DNA from: a virus
Taxonomy: Duplodnaviria > Caudoviricetes
IMG/VR virus record: IMGVR_UViG_3300029825_000006
Span: 2,646 to 66,645 of that record
Strand: one strand, 5' to 3'
Length of the DNA: 64,000 nt
Shown here one piece after another: positions 8,059-17,349 of this stretch; within the stretch, counting starts at the first letter, position 1; the number at the start of each line of letters is the position of its first letter. The translations under genes were made by a program, and so were the position numbers. The notes under the pieces are model-generated. The model did no database searches. It saw nothing but the letters and a program-made list of their open reading frames with translations, and had not been told where the DNA came from.

Positions 8059-8885
8059 AATTCTCCTTTCTTTAAAGCCTCTATTAATTTAATTTTACTC
8101 ATTGTTATAATTGTATGATTTCGATAATCATATACTTTATATGAAGATTTTGTCAAATCTTTTTCATCTAAAATTGGTTCTGGAGAGCATCTACAATTTG
8201 GAAATTCTCCCGCGTTACCCCACATTGTATCTAAATTTGGTTTTTCATTATCTTTATTTCTCCAAAATACTACGACATCATACATTTCTCGATGTGATTT
8301 TCTTGTTCGAATATCATTTGAAGACAGCCAAATATATGCTACACTTCCTAAATCTCTTGCACGATTTTCCATAATTGCAGTTTGTAATTTTGCAGTTTCA
8401 GTTCTAGCAATTAATTTTGAATTTTTATGACCTTGCTTTCTTAGTTCTTTTTCAAAAGAACCTCGACCAATGCTACCTTCTAAAACTTGTTCTCGTAATG
8501 TTAGAATATATTTTTGTTCATATACTTTTAATACTTTTTCAGGAATAGATTTTATCATTTTAAAGTTATGCTCAGTTGCTTTTTTTAATTGCTCTAATTG
8601 AAATTCACTAAATGATTTAACATATACTTTATAACGTCTTGCTTTAGCAGCATCAAAATATTTTCTCCAAATTCCACGTTCATGAGAAAGTCCTTTTTTT
8701 GCTAATTCTTTAGAAAACTTTTTAGCAAATCTTTCATATGCATCAGTTTCGCCTAGTCTTAAAATAGTATTTTTAATTTTATCTTCATTCATTGTTTCAA
8801 ATCTTCGAATTGTTGATGTCGAAAATACTTTCTTAAAAACTTCTTTATAAATTGCTTCGATTTGTCTTTCTATTTGTTTACTCAT
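8055..8885 (-). CDS. MuF / SPP1 gp7-like minor head protein
   Basis: LIARTETAK, YIWLSSNDIRTRKSH, PNCRC motifs. Confidence 0.92.
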   Translation of the reverse strand: MSKQIERQIEAIYKEVFKKVFSTSTIRRFETMNEDKIKNTILRLGETDAYERFAKKFSKELAKKGLSHERGIWRKYFDAAKARRYKVYVKSFSEFQLEQLKKATEHNFKMIKSIPEKVLKVYEQKYILTLREQVLEGSIGRGSFEKELRKQGHKNSKLIARTETAKLQTAIMENRARDLGSVAYIWLSSNDIRTRKSHREMYDVVVFWRNKDNEKPNLDTMWGNAGEFPNCRCSPEPILDEKDLTKSSYKVYDYRNHTIITMSKIKLIEALKKGEL

Positions 8886-10642
8886 ATTTTTAATTCCTTA
8901 ATTTTAATAATATTAACATATGTTTTAATTTTATCATATATTTTGTCAATATAAAACTGATAATCGATTTTAGTAATCAAATCATCTTTTACACTATTTG
9001 ACAATATTTCATTATTATATACGAATATATTATCAGGTAAGTTTGAAACTTTAGAACGTTTCGTTTTACCCTCAGGATTGCATTTATATAACATTCTTTT
9101 TATTTTATCGTTCGATGCAAAGACACGATTTACAGATTGAACTTCCTCAATGTTAGAATATCCTTCGTAATCTTCTTGAAGTTCTACATATTTAAATGTA
9201 CCCTTTTTTGCGATATATTGAAATAGTTTTAAGTCACTTTTATTTTCAAAGACTGTTTCTTCAGGCATTTTATCTAACATAAAATAATTTACTATAGCAT
9301 CGCCAATTATAAAAGCATCTTTACTTTGTGGGAAAATGTATCTACGAGTATAATGCGCAATGTCACCCCCTAAAGCAAATATTTTATCGTCTTGCTTATA
9401 CATATAACAATTTACATCTCTTTGAACAATATCAGAAATATGTTCAATTTTTAAATTAAATCCTGTTCGATTTTGCCATTCGTTAACAATTTCAACAATT
9501 TCTTGTTCACTGATACCTTCATTAGGGACAACGATAATACCATCAGTATTTGATTGTACTAATTCTATTTTTCCTTCTAATTTTTCTAATAAGTCTACTA
9601 AAAATATTTGACCAGTCATTGTTATAAGTCTTCCATGATATGGGTCGTAAAACCCCAAATGTTCATTTAATGACGCACCAAAAACTGCCAATAAAATTGT
9701 CTTTAATACATTTCTTTTTCGAGGGTTAATTTTTTTAAGTCGTAATTGTTCATAATACATCTCTTCGTATACTTTTTTATATTCATCAGGAATTGAACGA
9801 GGTAACAATCCGTATTTAATCATTATTAAATTATAATAACCACTAACGTCAAAATATAATGCGTTTTTTGCTTTATATATTTTTCTTGCACCATGAATAC
9901 CGCCAACACCAATAATATGTTCCACACCGCAAATAGTTGTTGTTAATTTTGCATTTTCAGATAGAAATTTTTCTTCAAGATAAAATTCTAGCACTTCTTT
10001 ATTTTTAATAATTAAATTATCGTAATGTTTAGGTTTTACAACCCAACTACTAATTCCATCAATTCTTTCAGCATGTAATACTTTTTCAGCAGTCATTGCT
10101 TCAGTATAACTCAATGCTTTCATATCAAGTTTAAATTCAGCAATTGTTTCTAATTGTAAGATAAATGCGTCTTTTACTTTAATAAAATTATCTAACGTTT
10201 GTTCTAAGTCGTCAAAGTTATATAATTCTACGATTTCTTTTTCTTCATTAGTTAATCGTCTTTGTAAATTAAATGATACTTTTGACTCAGAGATTTGTTT
10301 ACCATCAAGTGCTTCTGTAACTTTTAACGAAAAGAAACCAGCGGCTGACATTATATCATAATAGTGTAAATGTATATTTAAATATTGTCTTTTATCTCGT
10401 ATAATTATGTCATCATTAATTTTTTTCGGATCGTTATCTTTTAAACATGCTTGCAAAATAAAATTATCATAATGTTCATTATTCCAGCCTATCCATATGC
10501 TTTCTTTATTTTGTAAATAGAACTTTTTAATTTCGTCTATTGACCAAGTTTGAAATAATGTAATATCATCGTTTTCGATAATTAACGCGCCTAATAAAGT
10601 ATCATATAAAAATACTTCAAAGTCAAATATTATTATTTTCAT
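8882..10642 (-). CDS. Family-B-type DNA polymerase with 3'-5' exonuclease
   Basis: Exo motifs DFEV, WNNEHYD, YNFDD; polymerase motifs YFDVSGYY, KTILLAVFG, SNTDG. Confidence 0.88.
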   Translation of the reverse strand: MKIIIFDFEVFLYDTLLGALIIENDDITLFQTWSIDEIKKFYLQNKESIWIGWNNEHYDNFILQACLKDNDPKKINDDIIIRDKRQYLNIHLHYYDIMSAAGFFSLKVTEALDGKQISESKVSFNLQRRLTNEEKEIVELYNFDDLEQTLDNFIKVKDAFILQLETIAEFKLDMKALSYTEAMTAEKVLHAERIDGISSWVVKPKHYDNLIIKNKEVLEFYLEEKFLSENAKLTTTICGVEHIIGVGGIHGARKIYKAKNALYFDVSGYYNLIMIKYGLLPRSIPDEYKKVYEEMYYEQLRLKKINPRKRNVLKTILLAVFGASLNEHLGFYDPYHGRLITMTGQIFLVDLLEKLEGKIELVQSNTDGIIVVPNEGISEQEIVEIVNEWQNRTGFNLKIEHISDIVQRDVNCYMYKQDDKIFALGGDIAHYTRRYIFPQSKDAFIIGDAIVNYFMLDKMPEETVFENKSDLKLFQYIAKKGTFKYVELQEDYEGYSNIEEVQSVNRVFASNDKIKRMLYKCNPEGKTKRSKVSNLPDNIFVYNNEILSNSVKDDLITKIDYQFYIDKIYDKIKTYVNIIKIKELKI

Positions 10643-11070
10643 TTTCCAGTACTTCCTAAACCACGATTACCCCTTTCAGTGTTTGGTAATTCTTGAACAA
10701 TATCAAGATATGGATTTAATATTGAATAAACTACTAGACTGCAAACTCTTTGACCTGCTTTAATTTCAATTTTATTCTTTGAGCAATTTGTTATAATTAA
10801 ATGAATTTCTCCAGTATAATCTGGGTCGATTATTGAAGTTTGAATTAATAACCCTTTTTCAGCAATAGAACTCCTAGGAACTAACATACCTGCATGACCT
10901 TCAGGTATTGCTACTCCAATTTCTAGACCGATTGTCTTAGTTTCTAGTATTTCTAATTCTAAATCACAAGGCATAAAAATATCTAAACCACTATCAGGTA
11001 AATGCGATTTTTTTGGTAAAATCGTACTTTCTTTAAACAATCTAATTTTCATATTTTCCCCCCTAAACAT
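10639..11070 (-). CDS. dut: Trimeric dUTPase (likely start at 11052)
   Basis: DSGLD, PRSS, IIDPDYTGEI, RGNRGLGSTG motifs. Confidence 0.95.
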   Translation of the reverse strand: MFRGENMKIRLFKESTILPKKSHLPDSGLDIFMPCDLELEILETKTIGLEIGVAIPEGHAGMLVPRSSIAEKGLLIQTSIIDPDYTGEIHLIITNCSKNKIEIKAGQRVCSLVVYSILNPYLDIVQELPNTERGNRGLGSTGK

Positions 11071-11962
11071 TTAATAATACTTTAATATTTGCATCAACAA
11101 TTTTATCAATTGTATTGTAATATTTTCTTAAAAAATTCCATTGTTTTATTTGATTTTCCGTATAATCAATATTATCAATGTCTTTGATAAAACCAGTAAT
11201 ATCATCTGAATATTTAAAATATTTTCGCGTATTACTTCCATGAATTATAATCGTTCCACAAGGAATTGCTTCATGAACTATTGTTTCCATATGGTCAAAT
11301 GGTTGAATTAAATTTATGTCTAAATATAAAAATTGACATTTTTTAATTTCGTTATATAATTCATCATTAGTTTTACCTATATGAATATCGTATGAATTAT
11401 CTAAATTATATGTTTCATCCAATTCTTTAGAAGTTAAAATTACTTTTTTCCAATGTTTAAATTTTTCTTGAGATGTATAATTTATAAATTCGTTTAAACC
11501 TTTACTTTTTCTACCAACAAAACAAATACTATTTTTATCTTTATCTTTGAAATTAACCCAATGTTTGTTATGAATTTCATAATAATTTGAGCCTGCTTGT
11601 TCATAAGCAATTACTTTAAATTTTTTCAAAAATAATTCTTTATATAAATCACTATCTTTCGAAATAACAATATGTAAATCGATTAATTCTAATAAACCAT
11701 CGATATTAAAAATTGCATTGTTTTGATATATTCGTCTATCACAGTAATGATGTATAAATACTATTTTTTTACCATTATTTTTATAACTAGACCATTCGTT
11801 TTTAATTTCTTTATTAAATGGTATTTGTGCATAAACTAAAACATCAGCATCTTCTTTTTCTGTAAAAAGATTTCTTTTTTTGACTTCATTCAATAAGAAA
11901 CCCTGCATCTTTTGTTGCCCACTAATTTTGTCGCAAGACATATCAACGTATAACTTTTTCAT
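11063..11962 (-). CDS. GT-B-fold glycosyltransferase (GT4-like)
   Basis: IVFIHH, ICFVGRKSKG, ELYNEIKKCQFLY, ETIVHEAIPCGTIII resemble the GT4 E-X7-E donor-binding region. Confidence 0.7.
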   Translation of the reverse strand: MKKLYVDMSCDKISGQQKMQGFLLNEVKKRNLFTEKEDADVLVYAQIPFNKEIKNEWSSYKNNGKKIVFIHHYCDRRIYQNNAIFNIDGLLELIDLHIVISKDSDLYKELFLKKFKVIAYEQAGSNYYEIHNKHWVNFKDKDKNSICFVGRKSKGLNEFINYTSQEKFKHWKKVILTSKELDETYNLDNSYDIHIGKTNDELYNEIKKCQFLYLDINLIQPFDHMETIVHEAIPCGTIIIHGSNTRKYFKYSDDITGFIKDIDNIDYTENQIKQWNFLRKYYNTIDKIVDANIKVLLNV

Positions 11963-11977
11963 ATTTACCTCGTATAA

Positions 11978-12056
11978 AATTTAACTTTAGGTTAATAATA
12001 TTAATATTAATAATTATATATAAATAAATATTAAAAAATACATCTGAAGTTAAATT
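11978..12056. repeat. Degenerate F2 hairpin element
   Basis: AATTTAACTTTAG ... CTGAAGTTAAATT, 79 bp span, core TATATAAATA. Confidence 0.6.
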
Positions 12057-12061
12057 AATAA

Positions 12062-12520
12062 TTAATTATTTATAATATTCATATATCTTATAATATCTTT
12101 AGCAATATTATAAGGTGTTATTTTAGAAGTATTATAATTTAAAATTTTTAAATTATGTTCAGTTATTAAAATTTTCTCAGCATTTTCAAAAGCCATTATA
12201 TTTTCGTCATAATTAATCTTTGGCTCATTTGTATATTTACATCTAATATTCCAATCTTCTTCATCAACTGCTAAAAGAACATTTACAATGTTTTTTTGTT
12301 GAGATACTTCATAAGAATAATCTCTTTTATATAAATTTGAATATGCTATCATTGATATTATTCCTCTAGAATATACTAAATATCTTTTTTCAGATAATTC
12401 TGAAATATAGAACGCGATTAAATCTTTTCCAGTTTTATCAATACCATCTAAAACAATAGTATAATATTTTAATTTTTTATCCATTATAATACCTCTATTT
12501 AATATATTTAAAAATTTCAA
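12062..12520 (-). CDS. dNMP/thymidylate-kinase-like P-loop protein (likely start at 12484)
   Basis: IVLDGIDKTGKD P-loop; YSRGIIS at the position of the DR motif. Confidence 0.7.
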   Translation of the reverse strand: MKFLNILNRGIIMDKKLKYYTIVLDGIDKTGKDLIAFYISELSEKRYLVYSRGIISMIAYSNLYKRDYSYEVSQQKNIVNVLLAVDEEDWNIRCKYTNEPKINYDENIMAFENAEKILITEHNLKILNYNTSKITPYNIAKDIIRYMNIINN

Positions 12521-13043
12521 TTAATGAATTAACTCTAATACCATTAAATTCATAATCAATATTTTCAGAATTTATTACATTTATATATAAAGCGTCACCA
12601 TTTATTCTTTTAATATTATTTAAATTATCGACGTTGTCTTCAACAACTAAATCTACATGACCAAATTTTTCAAAAATTGTAAAGTCTTTTTTAGCAGAAC
12701 AATATATATAATCATAAATTAATCTATTTTTCTTAAGCCAATTAATAGTTCTTTCTAATTGATTATTTTTAAATAAATCTCTTGAAGTAATTATATATAT
12801 TAAATATCCGGTTTGCTTTAACAAATTTAATAAAATTACTGCATTTTCTTTAACGTTTGCATCATTTTTAAATTCTGAATTAATATAATTTTCTTTCATC
12901 TTTCGATAATCAATAAATGATAGTGCACTTTTAATTTCATGTAAAGTTTTAAAATTTGTTTTTAAAGAATAATTGCAATAATCAATAAGAGTTTGTGGAT
13001 AATTGTTTAAAACACCATCAATATCAATTATTGCTTTTTTCAT
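12495..13043 (-). CDS. HAD-family 5'(3')-deoxyribonucleotidase-like protein
   Basis: IDIDGVL motif I, IITSR motif II, K, VEDN motif IV. Confidence 0.85.
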   Translation of the reverse strand: MKKAIIDIDGVLNNYPQTLIDYCNYSLKTNFKTLHEIKSALSFIDYRKMKENYINSEFKNDANVKENAVILLNLLKQTGYLIYIITSRDLFKNNQLERTINWLKKNRLIYDYIYCSAKKDFTIFEKFGHVDLVVEDNVDNLNNIKRINGDALYINVINSENIDYEFNGIRVNSLIEIFKYIK

Positions 13044-13935
13044 AATTATCGATGTTACTCAAAATAGAGTTTTCAATTTCTTTATATTTATTATAACCAT
13101 ACATTTTAGTCATATCACCATATACAGTTTCCATATTTTCTGTATGTTCAGTCTTATTTTGCGGTAATGGTTTGTACCATTTAGAACTTAATTCATGTTT
13201 CGACTCACTGCAATAAAATTGATTTCTAGCATGAATATTAATATTTAAAGGGTATACTTTTTTTAATACTTCATAAATTCTTAACGCGAATACATTATCT
13301 GATTTTGGTTGAACTTGCATATCAATTCGTTGATTTAACATTTTCATAAAATCAAACAAACTTCCTGTAACATAATAAAATGTTTCCATCGTTCTAGGTA
13401 AAACCAATCTTGCATCTTGAATATGAACTTTATCTGTTAAATTATTACATATGTCATCATATAATTTATATGAGTCTTGCATAATTTTTACGTAACGTTC
13501 TTTATATTCTTTAGGAGTATCTTCTAAAAAACTTGGCACAATTAAGTTTCGATTTGTAATGTATTTATCTCCTGTACAATCTGCAGCAAATGACAAACCA
13601 TTATGTCGAATTAAATGCGTAACATCATGTGTTGTAATTCCCTCTAACAATATTGTTATTTGAACTGATTTCATTGCAGTTGGAATTAATTTTCCATCAA
13701 AAAATAATTGCATGATTTTATCTCTATCATTAATTGTTAAAGTATCTCTAAATTCCTGAATATTTTCGTTCCATGTACCCATAACTAATTCTGGTATATA
13801 ACTTTTCAAAATTTCATAAGGCGTATAATTTAGTAATGTTACTTTTATATTTTCTAAATCATTAACTAATTTATTGTTTGTACTAACAATATTTGTCCTT
13901 TTTTTAAATCTTTTATTTTTTAAATTAAATTCCAT
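13024..13935 (-). CDS. thyX: ThyX-like flavin-dependent enzyme with an atypical active-site motif
   Basis: LIRHNGLSF and DARLVLP...LNQR align with ThyX; RHRX7S appears as RHNX7C. Confidence 0.75.
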   Translation of the reverse strand: MEFNLKNKRFKKRTNIVSTNNKLVNDLENIKVTLLNYTPYEILKSYIPELVMGTWNENIQEFRDTLTINDRDKIMQLFFDGKLIPTAMKSVQITILLEGITTHDVTHLIRHNGLSFAADCTGDKYITNRNLIVPSFLEDTPKEYKERYVKIMQDSYKLYDDICNNLTDKVHIQDARLVLPRTMETFYYVTGSLFDFMKMLNQRIDMQVQPKSDNVFALRIYEVLKKVYPLNINIHARNQFYCSESKHELSSKWYKPLPQNKTEHTENMETVYGDMTKMYGYNKYKEIENSILSNIDNYEKSNN

Positions 13936-14717
13936 TCGTATCCCTCCCTTTTCAGTACATATTTAATTATATCTTCTTGTTTTATTTGAGTTTTTGTAGC
14001 GTATCGACCAATATAAATATATTCGACGTTATCTTTTACGTCAAACTCTGTATATATTTTTGGTTTGTCGTAATAATTTAAAATTTTTATATGTTCTATA
14101 TGAGGTTCACTGATACATTCTGTATAATTTTTAGAATATCTTTTAACGTTTGATGTTAAATTACAATCGTATACATAGTCAAAATCTAAAACATCATTGT
14201 TTGTTTTTACTACGTATTCTACAGAACCTTCATTATTTATAAATTCTTTAGTATTATCATAAACTTTTGAATTTATAACGTTTGGCATAGTATCAACAAT
14301 TTTATCTTCATATCTTAATTTTAAATCTTCAAATACTACGTTTAGTAATATTCCATAATATGAATTTAAATTGTCACTCATTGAAGATTTTGTTTTTATT
14401 CTATTTTGTTTAGATAAATAATTATTATACATTTCTTGAGTAATAATTTCATAAATTTTACCATTAAAGAAATAACCAACTTTTATTTTCTTTGTATATT
14501 TTGATATATTTTCATTATTATAATTTATTTTAAATATATCAAAATAAAATTTTAATTCTTGTTCGTCGTTATATTTTAAAAATAAAATCGGTGTTATAGA
14601 ATTACCCTTATTTATACCTTTATTTTTATCGTATATGATAAAATCTTTATTTAAATAATCTAAACATGTAGCAATAACATACGTACCTAGACTATTTCCA
14701 ACGACTATATTTTTCAT
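13920..14717 (-). CDS. Divergent Rossmann-fold protein resembling UDP-galactopyranose mutase / FAD oxidoreductases
   Basis: N-terminal IVVGNSLG...IIYDK; C-terminal YIGRYAT comparable to the UGM GRLA/GY motif. Confidence 0.45.
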   Translation of the reverse strand: MKNIVVGNSLGTYVIATCLDYLNKDFIIYDKNKGINKGNSITPILFLKYNDEQELKFYFDIFKINYNNENISKYTKKIKVGYFFNGKIYEIITQEMYNNYLSKQNRIKTKSSMSDNLNSYYGILLNVVFEDLKLRYEDKIVDTMPNVINSKVYDNTKEFINNEGSVEYVVKTNNDVLDFDYVYDCNLTSNVKRYSKNYTECISEPHIEHIKILNYYDKPKIYTEFDVKDNVEYIYIGRYATKTQIKQEDIIKYVLKREGYEWNLI

Positions 14718-15634
14718 TCATACTTCTCCTTTATATCATTAAATATATAATTAAAATATCGAAAATCATCTCTCGTCCATTTGTATAGATGTTTTTTATC
14801 TTTTGTTTTATAAAAATCAGATAATTCAAATATTTCTTTTACTCTATCACCATCTTGAGTAATATTCTCATATAAATATCTTACTAATCGATAATCTCTT
14901 TCGCTTTCATCTTTTCCAGAACCTGGTGCATGTTTAAACCATAAATCTTGAAAATCAAAACATGTTAGATAGTGATATTTCACTTTTTTCATTATTTCTT
15001 CGATTGAACGATTGTCAACAGTTTCTTTTATTTTTTTATTATTTCTAGTAATTCTTTTTTTCTTCATGTATTTTTCTAAGAATTCTAAAATTATATCAAA
15101 ATAATCTATATTCGAAGAAATTGAATTATTATATAAATATCTACCAGTAACACTAACATATCTATTTGAATGATTTGGTTGATAATATTCTACACCTATT
15201 TCTGAATTTTTAATTTTATAGTTAGATGAATATTCATCAATAGACTTTTGCTTAAATAGAATTCTTATTCCAGTTCCACTAAAACTAAATTCAATATATG
15301 CAAAGTCTTTAAACATATTAATTATTTCTAACGAAAAATCATTAATTGTATTTTTATCAAAAGGCTCTTTAACACAATTATCTATATCTATTGCACAGAT
15401 ATTACTTGCTTGAACTGATATCCCAACTCCCGAATAATCTTTTAATTTTTTGCATTCTAACAATGTTTCTAATGAAACAAAATCGTCATAATTTTTTACA
15501 GAAGCAATACTATTATCAATTTTAAACGGAAATTTTTTATCATTAATTAAACAATATTTAAGTTCTTCAAATACTAAAGAAGTGTCAAGAATTCTTTCGA
15601 TGGTTTCTATTGCAGACATAGTCACCTCTTTCAT
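14714..15634 (-). CDS. Primase-polymerase (NrS-1/P4-like N-terminal primase, no helicase domain)
   Basis: GVGI..., AIDIDNC, EFSFSGTGIRI, VEYY...RYVSVTG; helical C-terminal domain GSGKDESERD. Confidence 0.8.
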   Translation of the reverse strand: MKEVTMSAIETIERILDTSLVFEELKYCLINDKKFPFKIDNSIASVKNYDDFVSLETLLECKKLKDYSGVGISVQASNICAIDIDNCVKEPFDKNTINDFSLEIINMFKDFAYIEFSFSGTGIRILFKQKSIDEYSSNYKIKNSEIGVEYYQPNHSNRYVSVTGRYLYNNSISSNIDYFDIILEFLEKYMKKKRITRNNKKIKETVDNRSIEEIMKKVKYHYLTCFDFQDLWFKHAPGSGKDESERDYRLVRYLYENITQDGDRVKEIFELSDFYKTKDKKHLYKWTRDDFRYFNYIFNDIKEKYE

Positions 15635-15644
15635 TTATAAAAAA

Positions 15645-15675
15645 TTCTAGACTATTAATTATTAATAGTCTAGAA
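15645..15675 (-). terminator. Intrinsic terminator-like hairpin
   Basis: Perfect 15-bp inverted repeat TTCTAGACTATTAAT followed by a T-run on the minus strand. Confidence 0.6.
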
Positions 15676-15682
15676 CTATTAA

Positions 15683-16249
15683 TTATTCTAATTCTAATTT
15701 CTCAGCACGTTTCCAACTTACAAATCTTGTCCAAGTACTATTATTTTTATCAGTACTAATATGTATCCAAATACGCAACCCTTCTAAAATATCTAAAGCA
15801 TCACTCATTAGTTCTGCGGTTGAGAAATATTCTTTTTCTAAAATTGTATTTCCATCCTCGTCTTCAAATTTTAAAGCATCACTAATAAAACGTTCTATTG
15901 CACTTGCATCTTTTAATACATGAAATGCGAATATTTTTTTATTTGCAGTTTTTGGAATTTCAAGATGAGAACTTTCTTCATCAATTTGAATTCCATTTTC
16001 AACAGTTTTGAATTGCCAAGATACCATTGGTTGACCTGATGTTTTTGACTCTGTTAATTCTGCTTTTTCTAATTCTGAGAAATAATATCCGTCAGGTAAT
16101 GTTGAAAATGTATCAGAACTTTCAGAAGTAATGTCATCAGTGTTAACTTTTTTTAGTACTTCATTAACTGTACTAAAAATATTTTCTAATTTTGCTTGTC
16201 TATCATCTTCTTCACCAAAAAATTGTATATTAATTTTTTTATTTTCCAT
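15683..16249 (-). CDS. DUF669-like putative single-stranded DNA-binding protein
   Basis: LPDGYY...AELTESKTSGQPMVSWQF pattern; follows the AAA_24 gene. Confidence 0.7.
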   Translation of the reverse strand: MENKKINIQFFGEEDDRQAKLENIFSTVNEVLKKVNTDDITSESSDTFSTLPDGYYFSELEKAELTESKTSGQPMVSWQFKTVENGIQIDEESSHLEIPKTANKKIFAFHVLKDASAIERFISDALKFEDEDGNTILEKEYFSTAELMSDALDILEGLRIWIHISTDKNNSTWTRFVSWKRAEKLELE

Positions 16250-16260
16250 ATTTTTGTCTC

Positions 16261-17331
16261 CTATTTCTTTTCTTTCGTTGCTTTCATCGCAGCCAATTTT
16301 GCTTTAATCGCAGCAGTTTTATCAGTAATATTCGATGAAACTTCTTTTTCAACTTTTACATCTTCTTTTTCAACATTTACTTCTTCTTTAGTAACTTTTT
16401 CTACTTTATTGACAGTTTTTTCTTCTTCAACTTCATTTATAACTTTTTCTTCAGAAGATTTTGATAATTCTTTTTTCTCTTTAAGTTTTCTTTTTAAAAG
16501 TTCTTTTTTATCAATAACTTCTGGTTCAGACTTATCTTCTACTGGTTCAGACTTATCTTCTTCTTTTTTAACTTTTACTTTAACTTCACTAGGTTTCTTT
16601 TTAATTTCATTTGTTGCTTGAGCGACAAACGTCTCTGCATTTACTTTATGTGTTTCTAAAATATTAAATAATTCTTTAGCATTTAATGGAATATCTTCAG
16701 GAATAGTATCAACATTTACACCTCGAATAACTCCGTATTCATTTGTTTTCGGAACTAAAGATAACATTCTTGTTTGTTTTAATCTTCCTTCTTCTTCAAC
16801 ATCTTCAAAATATGCTCTTGCTAATATTCTCATTCTACCTGCAATTTGCGTTAAAAGTTTATCAGGAATTCGACTTGAAGGCTTGTACATATGTTTTTCA
16901 ATTCCTCGTCTATCTTTAACTGTGATAACTTCTTCATGCATTAATAAAATAATATGTTTATCTTTCCCCAAAAGTTTAGTTAATTCGATAAAGAAATCGT
17001 TTCTTGTAATATCGTATCCTTTTCCGTGACCTGCGTCGCCAAGATATTCAAACTTATTTCTTGTAACATACTCTTGTTCGCACCATTTAAATAAATCTTC
17101 TAATAAATCTACAACAATTGTGTCATAATTTTTAAAGTCAAATTCTTGTAAAAATTTTGTAGCCTCCAAATAACTATACACTTGTTTGTGGTCTTCTTTT
17201 TTTGCGCCAAAATCTTCCAACCAATCATAATTACCATCAGTAGTTATAAAAAATGGCTTTGGAAATCCTAATGCAAATACTGATTTTCCGACACCCCATG
17301 TGCCGTAAAATAGCCCTTTAATTTTTTTCAT
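16261..17331 (-). CDS. AAA_24 / Sak4-like ATPase
   Basis: FYGTWGVGKS Walker A, TIVVDLLE Walker B, LLMHE; charged linker with a 19-bp tandem repeat at 16521..16560. Confidence 0.85.
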   Translation of the reverse strand: MKKIKGLFYGTWGVGKSVFALGFPKPFFITTDGNYDWLEDFGAKKEDHKQVYSYLEATKFLQEFDFKNYDTIVVDLLEDLFKWCEQEYVTRNKFEYLGDAGHGKGYDITRNDFFIELTKLLGKDKHIILLMHEEVITVKDRRGIEKHMYKPSSRIPDKLLTQIAGRMRILARAYFEDVEEEGRLKQTRMLSLVPKTNEYGVIRGVNVDTIPEDIPLNAKELFNILETHKVNAETFVAQATNEIKKKPSEVKVKVKKEEDKSEPVEDKSEPEVIDKKELLKRKLKEKKELSKSSEEKVINEVEEEKTVNKVEKVTKEEVNVEKEDVKVEKEVSSNITDKTAAIKAKLAAMKATKEKK

Positions 17332-17349
17332 ACTTTCTCCCTTTCTTTC

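Noticed and set aside
16521-16560. 19-bp tandem repeat in the AAA_24 gene
   Set aside because: It is a simple duplication in a low-complexity charged linker (EDKSEP twice) with no sign of function.
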